Assembly (NCBI GenBank): GCA_965202665.1
Contig: OZ241841.1
Location: forward strand, 1,792,001-1,856,000
Direction of reading: 5' to 3'
DNA length: 64,000 nucleotides
Origin: Candidatus Spongiisociaceae bacterium
Lineage (GTDB): Bacteria > Actinomycetota > Acidimicrobiia > Spongiisociales > Spongiisociaceae
The notes under the pieces are model-generated. The model had not been told where the DNA came from, ran no database searches, and saw only the letters and a program-made list of their open reading frames with translations. A program made the translations under genes and the position numbers. Shown here in pieces: positions 48,354 to 57,070 of the stretch; the first letter of the stretch is position 1, and the number at the start of each line of letters is the position of its first letter.

Positions 48354-49361
48354 TTACCAGAGGTCCTGTTCGCGGATTCCGAAGGAGGGGTGGCGCAACC
48401 GGCACAAGGCCAATTTTTCCAGTTGGCGGATTCGTTCCCGGGTCAGGTTGAACTGCTTGCCGATTTCCTCCAAGGTGAGGGGATGTTCGCCGTTGAATCC
48501 GTAGCGCATGGACAGAATTGTCCCTTCCCGGTCCGGCAGGCGCCGGATGGATTTGAGCAACGCCCCGTACACGTCTTGGTCTTCGGTGTGGCGCAACGGG
48601 TCCACCGCTTCCTCGTCTTCGATGAAATCGCCCAACAGGGCCCCGTCTTCGCCGATCGGTTTTTCCAACGAGGCGGTGTCGGAGACGCTCAGGGCCAGCT
48701 CCACTTTTTCCTCCGTCACCCCCGCCTCTTGGGCGATCTCCGGGATTTTCGGATCCCGTCCCAACTCCGCTTTCAGGCTGGCCTGGGCGGCCCGCACCGA
48801 AGCCAGCGTGTCATGCAGATGGACGGGGATGCGCACCGTGCGCGACTTGTCGGCGATGGCCCGGGTGATGGCCTGGCGTATCCACCAAGTGGCGTAAGTG
48901 GAGAATTTGAAACCTTTGCGCCAGTCGAACTTCTCCACCGCCCGGATCAGCCCCAGGTTGCCTTCCTGAATCAGATCCAGCAGGTCAATCCCGGACGTGT
49001 TGGAATACTTGCGGGCGTTGGACACCACCAGCCGCAGGTTGGCGGTCAGGAAATTGTCTTTGGCTTCTTGGCCTTTGCGCACTTTGCGCTCCAAAGCGGT
49101 CCGCACTTTGGTGTTGCGCCGCGGATTTCTCTCATCCAGTTCGCGAGTGGCTTCATGCCCGGCTTCTATCTTCTGCGCCAACTCCACTTCCTGGTCGGCG
49201 GTGAGCAACTCATATTCGCCGATGCCGGTCAGATACTGGCCCACCAGATCAGTGGTGAGGCGGCCGCGCTCGTCGGTGAGGCGGTTCAGTTCACGGGCGC
49301 GCCCGTTAGCCGCTTCCCCGTTCCCCGTTTTAACTTGTACCGCGTTGCCGGTGGTCGCCAT
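48354..49361 (-). CDS. RNA polymerase sigma-70 factor, RpoD/SigA family lacking region 1.1 (group 2-like)
   Basis: [63 protein letters not shown]. Confidence 0.92.
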   Translation of the reverse strand: MATTGNAVQVKTGNGEAANGRARELNRLTDERGRLTTDLVGQYLTGIGEYELLTADQEVELAQKIEAGHEATRELDERNPRRNTKVRTALERKVRKGQEAKDNFLTANLRLVVSNARKYSNTSGIDLLDLIQEGNLGLIRAVEKFDWRKGFKFSTYATWWIRQAITRAIADKSRTVRIPVHLHDTLASVRAAQASLKAELGRDPKIPEIAQEAGVTEEKVELALSVSDTASLEKPIGEDGALLGDFIEDEEAVDPLRHTEDQDVYGALLKSIRRLPDREGTILSMRYGFNGEHPLTLEEIGKQFNLTRERIRQLEKLALCRLRHPSFGIREQDLW

Positions 49362-49712
49362 GGATCCCTCCAATCCCTACGATACATCCTACAGCCTTTG
49401 ACGCGGACAGGCGGGGCAGTGCGCCGCCTGCGCGCGACCGATTCCAAAGGCCGCAGGTTCCTGGTACCGTTCCTATTACGCTACGCGCGTTTTTTCTTTC
49501 CGGATAGGTCCTGCTACTACAACCTAATTGAAGCCGTTTGTATTCCATCGGAACTTGCCCTTTCGTTTAGGATACCCCTGTTACGGGGAAACGCGCGCCA
49601 TTCGGACTTTTGCCCGAACCCCTCCCTTAGACTGGCGCAACCGATCGGGGGTTGCCATCCTTTCCACCATATCAAACTATCCGGGGCCTGTGACAAGTTT
49701 GCGGCGGGGGAA

Positions 49713-51734
49713 ATGATGCTGCTGCGCGACGCCGACCCCCGGGGTTTGTCCCCCTACCTGTTGCAACATCGGGACAACCCGGTGGACTGGTTCTCCTGGG
49801 GGGAGGAGGCTTTGGCTTTGGCCCGCCGCGCCGACCGTCCCATTTTGCTGTCGGTCGGTTACTCCACCTGCCATTGGTGTCATGTGATGGAACGGGAGTC
49901 CTTTCACGACCGGGACACCGCCCACTTTATGAACGGCCATTTCGTGTCGGTGAAAGTGGACCGGGAGGAGCGGCCCGACATCGACTCCGTATATATGGAT
50001 GCGGTGACGGCCATGACCGGCCGGGGCGGATGGCCGATGACCGTGTTTCTGACCCCCGGCGGGGAGCCCTTCTTCGCCGGAACTTATTTCCCCGACCGGG
50101 AGCGGCACGGGATGCCGTCTTTCCGGCAAGTTTTGGAGGCCATCGCCCACGCTTGGAAGAACCGCCGTCCGGATGTGGAGCAACAGGCGGCCGCCCTTAC
50201 CAAGTCCATCGGCCCGGTCCTGCCCGTTTCCCCCGATTTGCCGGACGGTTCCGACTTGGCCCGCGCCTATCACGCCATAGCCCATCAGTACGACCGGGAG
50301 CACGGCGGCTTCGGAGGGGCCCCCAAGTTCCCGCAGGCCCCGGCGTTGGAGTTTCTGTTGCGGGCGGCGGGGCGGCCTTGGGCGCCGGAGGCGGAGGAAA
50401 TGCTGACCGGAACGTTGCGCCGAATAGCCCGGGGGGGCATCTACGATCATTTGGGCGGCGGGTTCGCCCGCTATGCGGTGGATCGTATTTGGCTAGTGCC
50501 CCATTTTGAGAAAATGTTGTATGACAACGCCGACTTGGCCCGCCTGTCGGTGCGGGCTTGGCAACTGACTTCCGAGCCGGAGTTTCGGCGGGCGGCGGTG
50601 GAAACTTTGGATTACATCTTGGGGGATATGACCGCGCCGGAGGGAGGTTTCCACGCGGCTGAAGACGCCGACTCGGAGGGCGCGGAGGGCAAGTTCTACG
50701 TGTTTAGGCATGAGGAGTTCATGGAGGCGGTCGGGCCGCGGGACGGCGAGTTGGCGGCCTTCTATTTCGGGGTAACGGCGGAGGGCAACTTCGAGGGGGC
50801 CAACGTGTTAAGTCAGGCGGCTTCCCTTCAATGGACGGCCTCTCGTTTTGAAACTTCGGAGGCGGAGGCGCAGGCGGCGGTGGAGCGGGCCAAACGGGCG
50901 TTGTTGGAGGTTCGCAATCGCCGGGTTCGCCCCGGTTTGGATCGCAAAATCATTACGGCGTGGAACGGGTTGGCGGTGCGGGCTTTGGCGGTGGCGGGGA
51001 CGGTGTTGGGGGAGGACCGTTACCTGGAGGCGGCCCGGCGCAACGCCCGGTTCGTGCTGGACCGGATGCGCCGTTCCGATGGCCGACTGTGGCGCGTTTG
51101 GAGCGACGGTTTGTCCCCGGTGGGCGGTTTTTTGGAGGATCACGCCGCCTACGCGCTGGGGTTGTTGGAGTTGTATCAGGCCACCGGCGAGACGGAGTGG
51201 TTTATCGCCGCCCGCCGGATAGCGGACTTGTTGGAAGGGCATTTCGGAGGGGAGCGGGGAGTGGTGTTCGCGGCGGCGGCGGACGAAGCCAAACTGGTGG
51301 TGCGTCCCGTCGATCAGCAGGACAACCCCAGCGCCTCGGGGGCGTCGCTGGCCGCTGAATGCTTTCTGCTGATGGGCCATCTGACCGGCGATTTCTCATA
51401 CCACGACAAATTCGAACAGATAGTAAAGGCCGGCTCCCGGCTGATAGAAGCCGCCCCTCTAGCCGCCGGCCACCTGCTAGCGGTCCTGGCCACCGCCCGA
51501 ATGGGTTATAAAGAGGTGGCGATAACCGGCCCCGAAGCACTGGATTGGGCCCGCCGCCTGTCCCAAACTTACCGCCCCAACGTAATAACGGCCCCCTCAA
51601 CAACCCCCAACGAGCAAATACCCCTCCTCTCAGGCCGTCATAAAGAGGGCGCAACCCTAGCCTACGTTTGCGAAAAAGGAGTATGCCAAACCCCAGTAGA
51701 CTCCTATGACGCCATGGTGTCGCTGCTCAGCTAA
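49713..51734 (+). CDS. Thioredoxin-domain protein (YyaL/DUF255/SPATA20 family)
   Basis: [61 protein letters not shown]. Confidence 0.93.
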   Translation: MMLLRDADPRGLSPYLLQHRDNPVDWFSWGEEALALARRADRPILLSVGYSTCHWCHVMERESFHDRDTAHFMNGHFVSVKVDREERPDIDSVYMDAVTAMTGRGGWPMTVFLTPGGEPFFAGTYFPDRERHGMPSFRQVLEAIAHAWKNRRPDVEQQAAALTKSIGPVLPVSPDLPDGSDLARAYHAIAHQYDREHGGFGGAPKFPQAPALEFLLRAAGRPWAPEAEEMLTGTLRRIARGGIYDHLGGGFARYAVDRIWLVPHFEKMLYDNADLARLSVRAWQLTSEPEFRRAAVETLDYILGDMTAPEGGFHAAEDADSEGAEGKFYVFRHEEFMEAVGPRDGELAAFYFGVTAEGNFEGANVLSQAASLQWTASRFETSEAEAQAAVERAKRALLEVRNRRVRPGLDRKIITAWNGLAVRALAVAGTVLGEDRYLEAARRNARFVLDRMRRSDGRLWRVWSDGLSPVGGFLEDHAAYALGLLELYQATGETEWFIAARRIADLLEGHFGGERGVVFAAAADEAKLVVRPVDQQDNPSASGASLAAECFLLMGHLTGDFSYHDKFEQIVKAGSRLIEAAPLAAGHLLAVLATARMGYKEVAITGPEALDWARRLSQTYRPNVITAPSTTPNEQIPLLSGRHKEGATLAYVCEKGVCQTPVDSYDAMVSLLS

Positions 51735-51785
51735 ATGATAGCTGAATTTGACTTGCAGAGCGATTGATATTTATTATGACCAGGC

Positions 51786-52829
51786 ATGCGCTACTTTAAA
51801 TGGGATAAGTACCATCTTCTCGTCAAGATAATAGCCATAGCTTTGGTTATTGCTCTTGCCATTGTAATAGTGGTTTTCCTATGGCGGAGCCTGTCGGTGG
51901 TGGAGTCGGAGCGCGCAAACCTGCAGGTAGAGTTGAATAATGCTACGGCGGAAAGAGATGCTTTACAGTCTAAGGTGTCCTCTATAGAAAGATTCTCTGC
52001 TAAAGAAAAATGGGAGGAGGCGGCCACCGCTTGGGAAGCAGTTGAAGCACCCCTGAATGCTTGGCGAGAAGCATGGGAGGTTACGAATACTAGTCCGGAT
52101 CTAGATGTTGACCTCTTCGATCCGGTTGCTTTATATGACTGGACGGAGAATACGAAGGATTGGTTGGTAGATTTTGAAAATACTATAGATGCTAGAGATA
52201 GAACACTCGAATTATTGGAGGTTGCTTGGGAAACTACCGCGGTTGCTTGGGATGTTTCTGCTCTGTTGTGGGATATAGAAGAAAAAGATATAGCTGCCAT
52301 AGCTGCTAAATCTGCCGCTTTACAAGCTAATAAAGCCGCTATTGCTAGGAGAAATGCTAGATTAGCAACGACGGATTTGATATCCTCCATGACACTTGAC
52401 TTGAATGTAAGGCTGGATGTTCTAAATGTTATCTCGCGAATACTTATCGAGAACCAAGATTTAGAGAGCCGGGTGAGGAACCTAGATGTCGCAACAGAGA
52501 TATTAGATGTTGTTGTGCAGTCTACTGACAAAATTGTATCTACCAAGAGGGCAATCTTTGATACTGCGGGAGATACCGCGTGGGAAGCTGCAGGTGATAC
52601 GGCAGCATATTTCGCTCAGGCTAGCGATTCTTTAGCTGACGTTTATGAAGGTTTTCATTGGCAAAATGTTAGGGATATCTGGACGGCGGTAGCTAATTCT
52701 TACCAATTGGTTGCAGAAGAAAATACTGGTGCCATGGAGGCTAGAATTTCTGCAGTGAACGCGATTAAGGAAACCCGGGATGCCTACAACGCAACCGCTG
52801 GTTCGGAAGAAAGCGAGGGAGGGACGTGA
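51786..52829 (+). CDS. AT-rich membrane-anchored helical hypothetical protein
   Basis: N-terminal TM, coiled coil, Ala/Trp-rich helices (AWE repeats); GTGA overlap with the next gene. Confidence 0.7.
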   Translation: MRYFKWDKYHLLVKIIAIALVIALAIVIVVFLWRSLSVVESERANLQVELNNATAERDALQSKVSSIERFSAKEKWEEAATAWEAVEAPLNAWREAWEVTNTSPDLDVDLFDPVALYDWTENTKDWLVDFENTIDARDRTLELLEVAWETTAVAWDVSALLWDIEEKDIAAIAAKSAALQANKAAIARRNARLATTDLISSMTLDLNVRLDVLNVISRILIENQDLESRVRNLDVATEILDVVVQSTDKIVSTKRAIFDTAGDTAWEAAGDTAAYFAQASDSLADVYEGFHWQNVRDIWTAVANSYQLVAEENTGAMEARISAVNAIKETRDAYNATAGSEESEGGT

Positions 52830-53776
52830 TACGCGAGAACGCGGTTGATGCTGTTGGGGGGACTCCCTTGGTGCGGCTGGGACGGTTGCATCCGGCGGGG
52901 AATCTGGCGGCCAAAGTGGAATACATGAACCCGGCCGGGTCGGTCAAGGAGCGGATCGCGGTCAATATGATCGACCGTGCTGAACAGCAGGGACTGCTCG
53001 GTCCGGGCGGGACCATCGTGGAACCCACTTCGGGCAACACCGGGGCCGGGTTGGCCATGGTGGGGGCGGTGCGGGGCTACCGGGTGATCTGCACCGTGCC
53101 CGACAAGGTTTCTCCTGAAAAAATCGCCCTGCTGCGGGCCTACGGGGCGGAAGTGATCGTCACCCCCACCGAGCTGCTGCCGGAAGACCCCGACTCCTAC
53201 TACGGGATCGCCCGTCGCCTCACCGCCGAAATCGACGGGGCTTTCTCACCCGATCAGTACTCCAACCCTTACAACCCGGAGGCGCATTATCTGACCACCG
53301 GTCCGGAAATCTGGGAGCAGACCGGCGGGGAAGTGGATGTGTTCGTGGCCGGGGTGGGCACCGGCGGCACCATCACCGGGGTGGGACGTTACCTGCGGGA
53401 GCGCAAACCGGAGGTGGAAATGGTGGGGGCCGACCCGGAGGGCTCCATTTTTACGGCGGCCCGCGAGGAGGACATCCATCAGTACCGGGTGGAAGGAGTG
53501 GGGGAGGACTTTTGGCCGGCCACCCTGGAACGGGAAATAGTCAGCCGCTACATAATGGTTGACGACCATCAGTCGTTCGCCGCCGCCCGCCGTTTGGCGG
53601 AAACCGAAGGGTTGCTGGTGGGGGGGTCGGGGGGGATGGCCGTCCACGCCGCCCGGCAAGTGGCCGAGGAGGACGACCGGCTGGTGGTGGTGTTGCTGCC
53701 CGACTCCGGCCGGGGCTACCTGTCCAAGATCTGGAACGAAGAGTGGCTGGCCGAACACGGCTTCGCCCCGTCCTGA
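52826..53776 (+). CDS. PLP-dependent cysteine synthase / cystathionine beta-synthase family protein
   Basis: G.TPLV, K.E..NP.GSVK.R, EPTSGNTG.GLA, GVGTGGTI.G, EG.G, PDSGR.YLSK. Confidence 0.92.
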   Translation: MIRENAVDAVGGTPLVRLGRLHPAGNLAAKVEYMNPAGSVKERIAVNMIDRAEQQGLLGPGGTIVEPTSGNTGAGLAMVGAVRGYRVICTVPDKVSPEKIALLRAYGAEVIVTPTELLPEDPDSYYGIARRLTAEIDGAFSPDQYSNPYNPEAHYLTTGPEIWEQTGGEVDVFVAGVGTGGTITGVGRYLRERKPEVEMVGADPEGSIFTAAREEDIHQYRVEGVGEDFWPATLEREIVSRYIMVDDHQSFAAARRLAETEGLLVGGSGGMAVHAARQVAEEDDRLVVVLLPDSGRGYLSKIWNEEWLAEHGFAPS

Positions 53777-53797
53777 CCGGCATCCCCCGCCCAAATT

Positions 53798-53839
53798 GAA
53801 AGAGAGCCCCCGGTAATCCGAGGGCCCTCTTCACTTTTC
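53798..53839. terminator. Bidirectional intrinsic terminator
   Basis: gaaagagagcccccgg-taat-ccgagggccctcttcacttttc, with T-rich tails on both strands. Confidence 0.75.
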
Positions 53840-53978
53840 AACCCGCCCCGTGCTTCGCCGTTATCGGGGGCGCCTCATGAGGACTTGGCATGAGGTGGGG
53901 AGGACCGGGTGGTCCGAGTTGGAGTCGCTACCTGGCACAAACCGAAAAACGGTCCGTGAAAGCGACCCTTGTGGCCGC

Positions 53979-54023
53979 TTAGCGCTCGGCCACCTCCAGA
54001 GTCCTGCGTAAACCAGTTGTCAA
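53979..54023 (-). CDS. Putative 14-aa small peptide MTTGLRRTLEVAER
   Basis: AAAGGAGGT SD 8 nt upstream of TTG; the stop lies in the loop of hairpin GTGGCCG/CGGCCAC. Confidence 0.5.
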   Translation of the reverse strand: MTTGLRRTLEVAER

Positions 54024-54054
54024 GTTGGACCACCTCCTTTCTCTGGTAGCCCCC

Positions 54055-54083
54055 AGGTTAGCGCGCCCCGCCCCCGGCGCCAA
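54055..54083 (-). promoter_or_regulatory. Sigma-70-type promoter
   Basis: TTGGCG-17 nt-TAACCT on the minus strand. Confidence 0.55.
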
Positions 54084-54304
54084 ATCTTTGGGGATGAAAA
54101 GACGACGCCTTGGGCAATAGCGAGGCGGACATCTAGGATGGGGACATGCCGGCCCGGACAAGGGGCATTTCGCCTGATGAGGAAGAATTTCTGCAACGGT
54201 TCGACCGGGGCGATTATGACCGCATTCGCCGGGAGGCGTTGCGCGAGGCGGCGAATTTGCGGGGAAACGGAACTCCGTTTGGGCCGTCCCGCCCGTCGCC
54301 GGGG

Positions 54305-54886
54305 TCAGCCGAGGGCGGCGCGGAAGGCGCTCCACAGGTCGGCCAAGGCGGAGGTTAGGCCTCCCAAAGCCCAGCGGAACAGCAGAATCAGAATGAGGAC
54401 GCCGGCGGTGGTGAACACCATCCGCGCCCGGTAAGTGACCACTTGGTCGGGGTCCTCCAGGTAGGAGGGGACGGCGGAGGGGGCTTTGGCCAGGCGGCGG
54501 CGCTGGGCGAAGGCCGCACCCGCCCGGTTGAAGACGGAACTGATCCGCAACCGGGCCGAACCGGAGCGGGAAACCGGCGGCGGCTCGCCGGAATCGGCCG
54601 GGGAAGGCTCCCGGGGGGCGTCCAGTTCCGGTTGGTAGGGCGGGGGCGGGACGGTTTCCGGCAACCCCCCGGACACCCGGATCGCCTCCCGCAACAGCGA
54701 AGCGGGAAGGGAAACGGCGGTGGCCACCGCCGTCACATCGGCGGCCCCGGGAACGGAAACGCCGTTTTCCCATTCCTCCACCGCCTCCTCCGGCCATTGG
54801 AGGCGCCCGGCCAGCCCCTCCCGGGACAAACCCAGCTCCTCCCGTCGTTGGGCCAGCAACGAGGCGAACCCGGTTTCCTCCGTCAT
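54305..54886 (-). CDS. XRE-family HTH protein with C-terminal TM helix
   Basis: RREELGLSRE.LA.RL......V.EWENG...P; hydrophobic C-terminus; TGATG coupling to the upstream gene. Confidence 0.75.
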   Translation of the reverse strand: MTEETGFASLLAQRREELGLSREGLAGRLQWPEEAVEEWENGVSVPGAADVTAVATAVSLPASLLREAIRVSGGLPETVPPPPYQPELDAPREPSPADSGEPPPVSRSGSARLRISSVFNRAGAAFAQRRRLAKAPSAVPSYLEDPDQVVTYRARMVFTTAGVLILILLFRWALGGLTSALADLWSAFRAALG

Positions 54887-55284
54887 CAGTGGGGCGGGTT
54901 TTCCGGGACGCTGTCCGGCTCCGGCCCGTCGGTCAGGCGCAACGTCCCCACGTCTTTGACGTTCCAGCACAGGGTGCGTCCCTGCGGGATGTTCAACCTG
55001 ATGGACCCCCCGGCCGCCTCCCCGTCTATCAGCAGTTCCCCGCGGGAGGCCTCCGCCAGCGGGATGGAAGCCGAATAGTCCCCGGCGGAGTTGACCACCG
55101 TCACATGCGAAGCCTCCGGTTCAGGGAGGCAGGCGTCCAGCACCGCCCCCACTCCCACCGCCGCGCCTCCGGCGGGGGAGGGGCGGGCCAGGCAACGCAA
55201 AGCCTCTTCGCCCCAAAGGCCGGGCCGGGCGGCCAAGCCGGTGATTTCCAGCCGGGCCGGGCGGGCGGGGCGGGCGTGCGTCAT
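54886..55284 (-). CDS. Molybdopterin-oxidoreductase-like small protein
   Basis: Y.ASIPL and GG.IRL.IP....CWNVKDV..L pattern; family assignment is inference. Confidence 0.6.
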   Translation of the reverse strand: MTHARPARPARLEITGLAARPGLWGEEALRCLARPSPAGGAAVGVGAVLDACLPEPEASHVTVVNSAGDYSASIPLAEASRGELLIDGEAAGGSIRLNIPQGRTLCWNVKDVGTLRLTDGPEPDSVPENPPH

Positions 55285-55432
55285 ATCCCCAAGCTAGCCA
55301 ACCAAGGCCCTAACCTGCGACATATCGCCGGGCGGAGGCGGGGCGAAAACAAGGGGGTTGAAAGTCGTCTGAAAATTCATATCTTAACCATTAGGAACGC
55401 AACCGACCCCGCCGGGGTCCCGAAAGGGAGGT

Positions 55433-56194
55433 ATGAACCTGATGGAAAACGCCAACCGCCGCGACCGGGTGAACTACGGCGACGCCGTTATTGAGTACGA
55501 GATACGGCGCAGCGCCCGGCGCCGCAAGACCGTGGAGGTCAAGGTGGAGGGGGGCGATGTGCGGGTGGCCGCCCCGGCCGCCGCCACCGACGACTACCTG
55601 CGCCGGTTCGTGCTGTCCAAAGCCCCGTGGATAATGCGCACCATCCACCAGTCGCCCCCGCTCCAGCCGGAAACCTTCCCCCAGCGTTTCGCCGACGGCG
55701 CCGCCCTGCCCTTTCTGGGACGGGACTACCCGATGTTGACTTGCGCGCCCGACCCGCTCCGGCCGCCGGTCGCTTTGGACTGGGAGATGGAGACGTTCCG
55801 CATCGTCCTCCCCGAAGGCGAGTTCGACCGGTTCGCCTACCAGCGGGTCAGCCGGGCGGTCATGGACTGGTACACGGAGCAGGCGGAAACCTATCTGGAG
55901 CAACGACTGGATTACTGGCGGCCCCGTTGCGGGATGGGCTGGGACTCCCGCATGGAAGTGAAAAACCACCGCAGCCAGTGGGGGAGTTGCGCCCCGGACG
56001 GAACCCTCCGTTTCAACTGGCGGCTGATGATGCTCCCGCCGGAAGTGGTGGACATGGTGGTGGTGCATGAGTTGTCCCACCTGCGGGTGCGCAATCATTC
56101 CTCGGATTTTTGGAAGGTGGTGGAGGAGCACATCCCTGACTACCGGGCGTTGCGCAAACAGTTGCGGGAGTGGGAAAAAACCCTCACCCTGTAG
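55433..56194 (+). CDS. YgjP/DUF45 (M48-like) metal-dependent hydrolase
   Basis: RRS.RRKT, QWGSC, FNWRL, VVVHELSHL..NHS..FW. Confidence 0.9.
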   Translation: MNLMENANRRDRVNYGDAVIEYEIRRSARRRKTVEVKVEGGDVRVAAPAAATDDYLRRFVLSKAPWIMRTIHQSPPLQPETFPQRFADGAALPFLGRDYPMLTCAPDPLRPPVALDWEMETFRIVLPEGEFDRFAYQRVSRAVMDWYTEQAETYLEQRLDYWRPRCGMGWDSRMEVKNHRSQWGSCAPDGTLRFNWRLMMLPPEVVDMVVVHELSHLRVRNHSSDFWKVVEEHIPDYRALRKQLREWEKTLTL

Positions 56195-56212
56195 CGCCGG
56201 GCGGGGCGGGCC

Positions 56213-57070
56213 TTATTCGGTCGGGCGGGCTCCGGCGGTGGGCAAAGTCATGCGCCCGTCTTCCCAGTCATCGTGGATCCACTCGTAATCGGGATGGAAA
56301 TGGGGGCCGCGGGCCCGTTCCTCCCCGACCGGTTCCCCGGCCAGATAGTTGAGAAACCACATATTGGTTCCCGGGCAGGCCGCCGAAGAATGGAAGCCCT
56401 GCGGGACCAGGGCGGTATCGCCGTCCCCGCACACCATCACCTCGTCGAAGTCGGAGTCCTCCCGCCAGTTGCGATGCAGGGCGAACCCGGCGGCGGGTTG
56501 CAGGCGGAAATAGTAGACCTCCTCCAAATAGGGGGAGCCGGCGTATCCGTCGTGGCAGTGGGGGGCCCAGCCCGACCACATCCCGCGCGGCACGTACACC
56601 TCGTACAGTATCAGCCGCTCGGCGGGCAGAGGGTGGGAGAGAATGTGGGAAATCTGCCGGTGGGAGGCCCCGCCGCCCCGCAACTCGGTGCGCATCTCCC
56701 GCGGTTGGAACAGCCGCACCGGCAGGCCGCCCTCCGCCGGGGCGCCCCCCACCGCGCACAGGAAATCCCCGTTGGATGCCACCGTTATCCGGCGGCCGGG
56801 CGGCGCGTACAGCACCTGCGGGACCTCTTCGAACACGCCGGAGCGGGACAGGTCGACGAGGTCGTCGCCCACTTTCACCTGACCCGAACCTTGCAACGGG
56901 GTCACCGCCGTCTCCCGTCCCGGGGCCGAATGATGATATTCATCCCCGTCCCCCAGCGACACCACCCGAAAGTCCAGATAGGACCAGCCGGCCGACTCGG
57001 GGGTGACTTCGATCACCGTCCCCGGGCCGGGGCGGGCTTTGATCAGCGAACCGGGGCGGGGGGCGCTCAC
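56213..57070 (-). CDS. iolB: 5-deoxy-glucuronate isomerase
   Basis: VTPE.AGW.Y, E.RG.G, EV..P.G.WS..PH.HD, YLEE.YY, VP.G.H; GTGA overlap with iolD. Confidence 0.9.
   Translation of the reverse strand: MSAPRPGSLIKARPGPGTVIEVTPESAGWSYLDFRVVSLGDGDEYHHSAPGRETAVTPLQGSGQVKVGDDLVDLSRSGVFEEVPQVLYAPPGRRITVASNGDFLCAVGGAPAEGGLPVRLFQPREMRTELRGGGASHRQISHILSHPLPAERLILYEVYVPRGMWSGWAPHCHDGYAGSPYLEEVYYFRLQPAAGFALHRNWREDSDFDEVMVCGDGDTALVPQGFHSSAACPGTNMWFLNYLAGEPVGEERARGPHFHPDYEWIHDDWEDGRMTLPTAGARPTE

Larger units (their letters stand above)
53795..54048 (-). ncRNA. Candidate stand-alone structured RNA or sORF-bearing transcript (~250 nt)
   Basis: Own promoter (54055-54083) and terminator, successive hairpins, no long ORF. 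Confidence 0.55.

Noticed and set aside
48390-49712. 1114-aa ORF suggesting a long N-terminal extension of the thioredoxin-domain protein
   Set aside because: The extension is antisense to the sigma factor; family homology begins near 49713.
54146-54358. 70-aa ORF with EEEFLQRFDRGDY, reminiscent of an antitoxin N-terminus
   Set aside because: Weak similarity, overlaps the convergent gene and has no toxin partner; cannot be supported.
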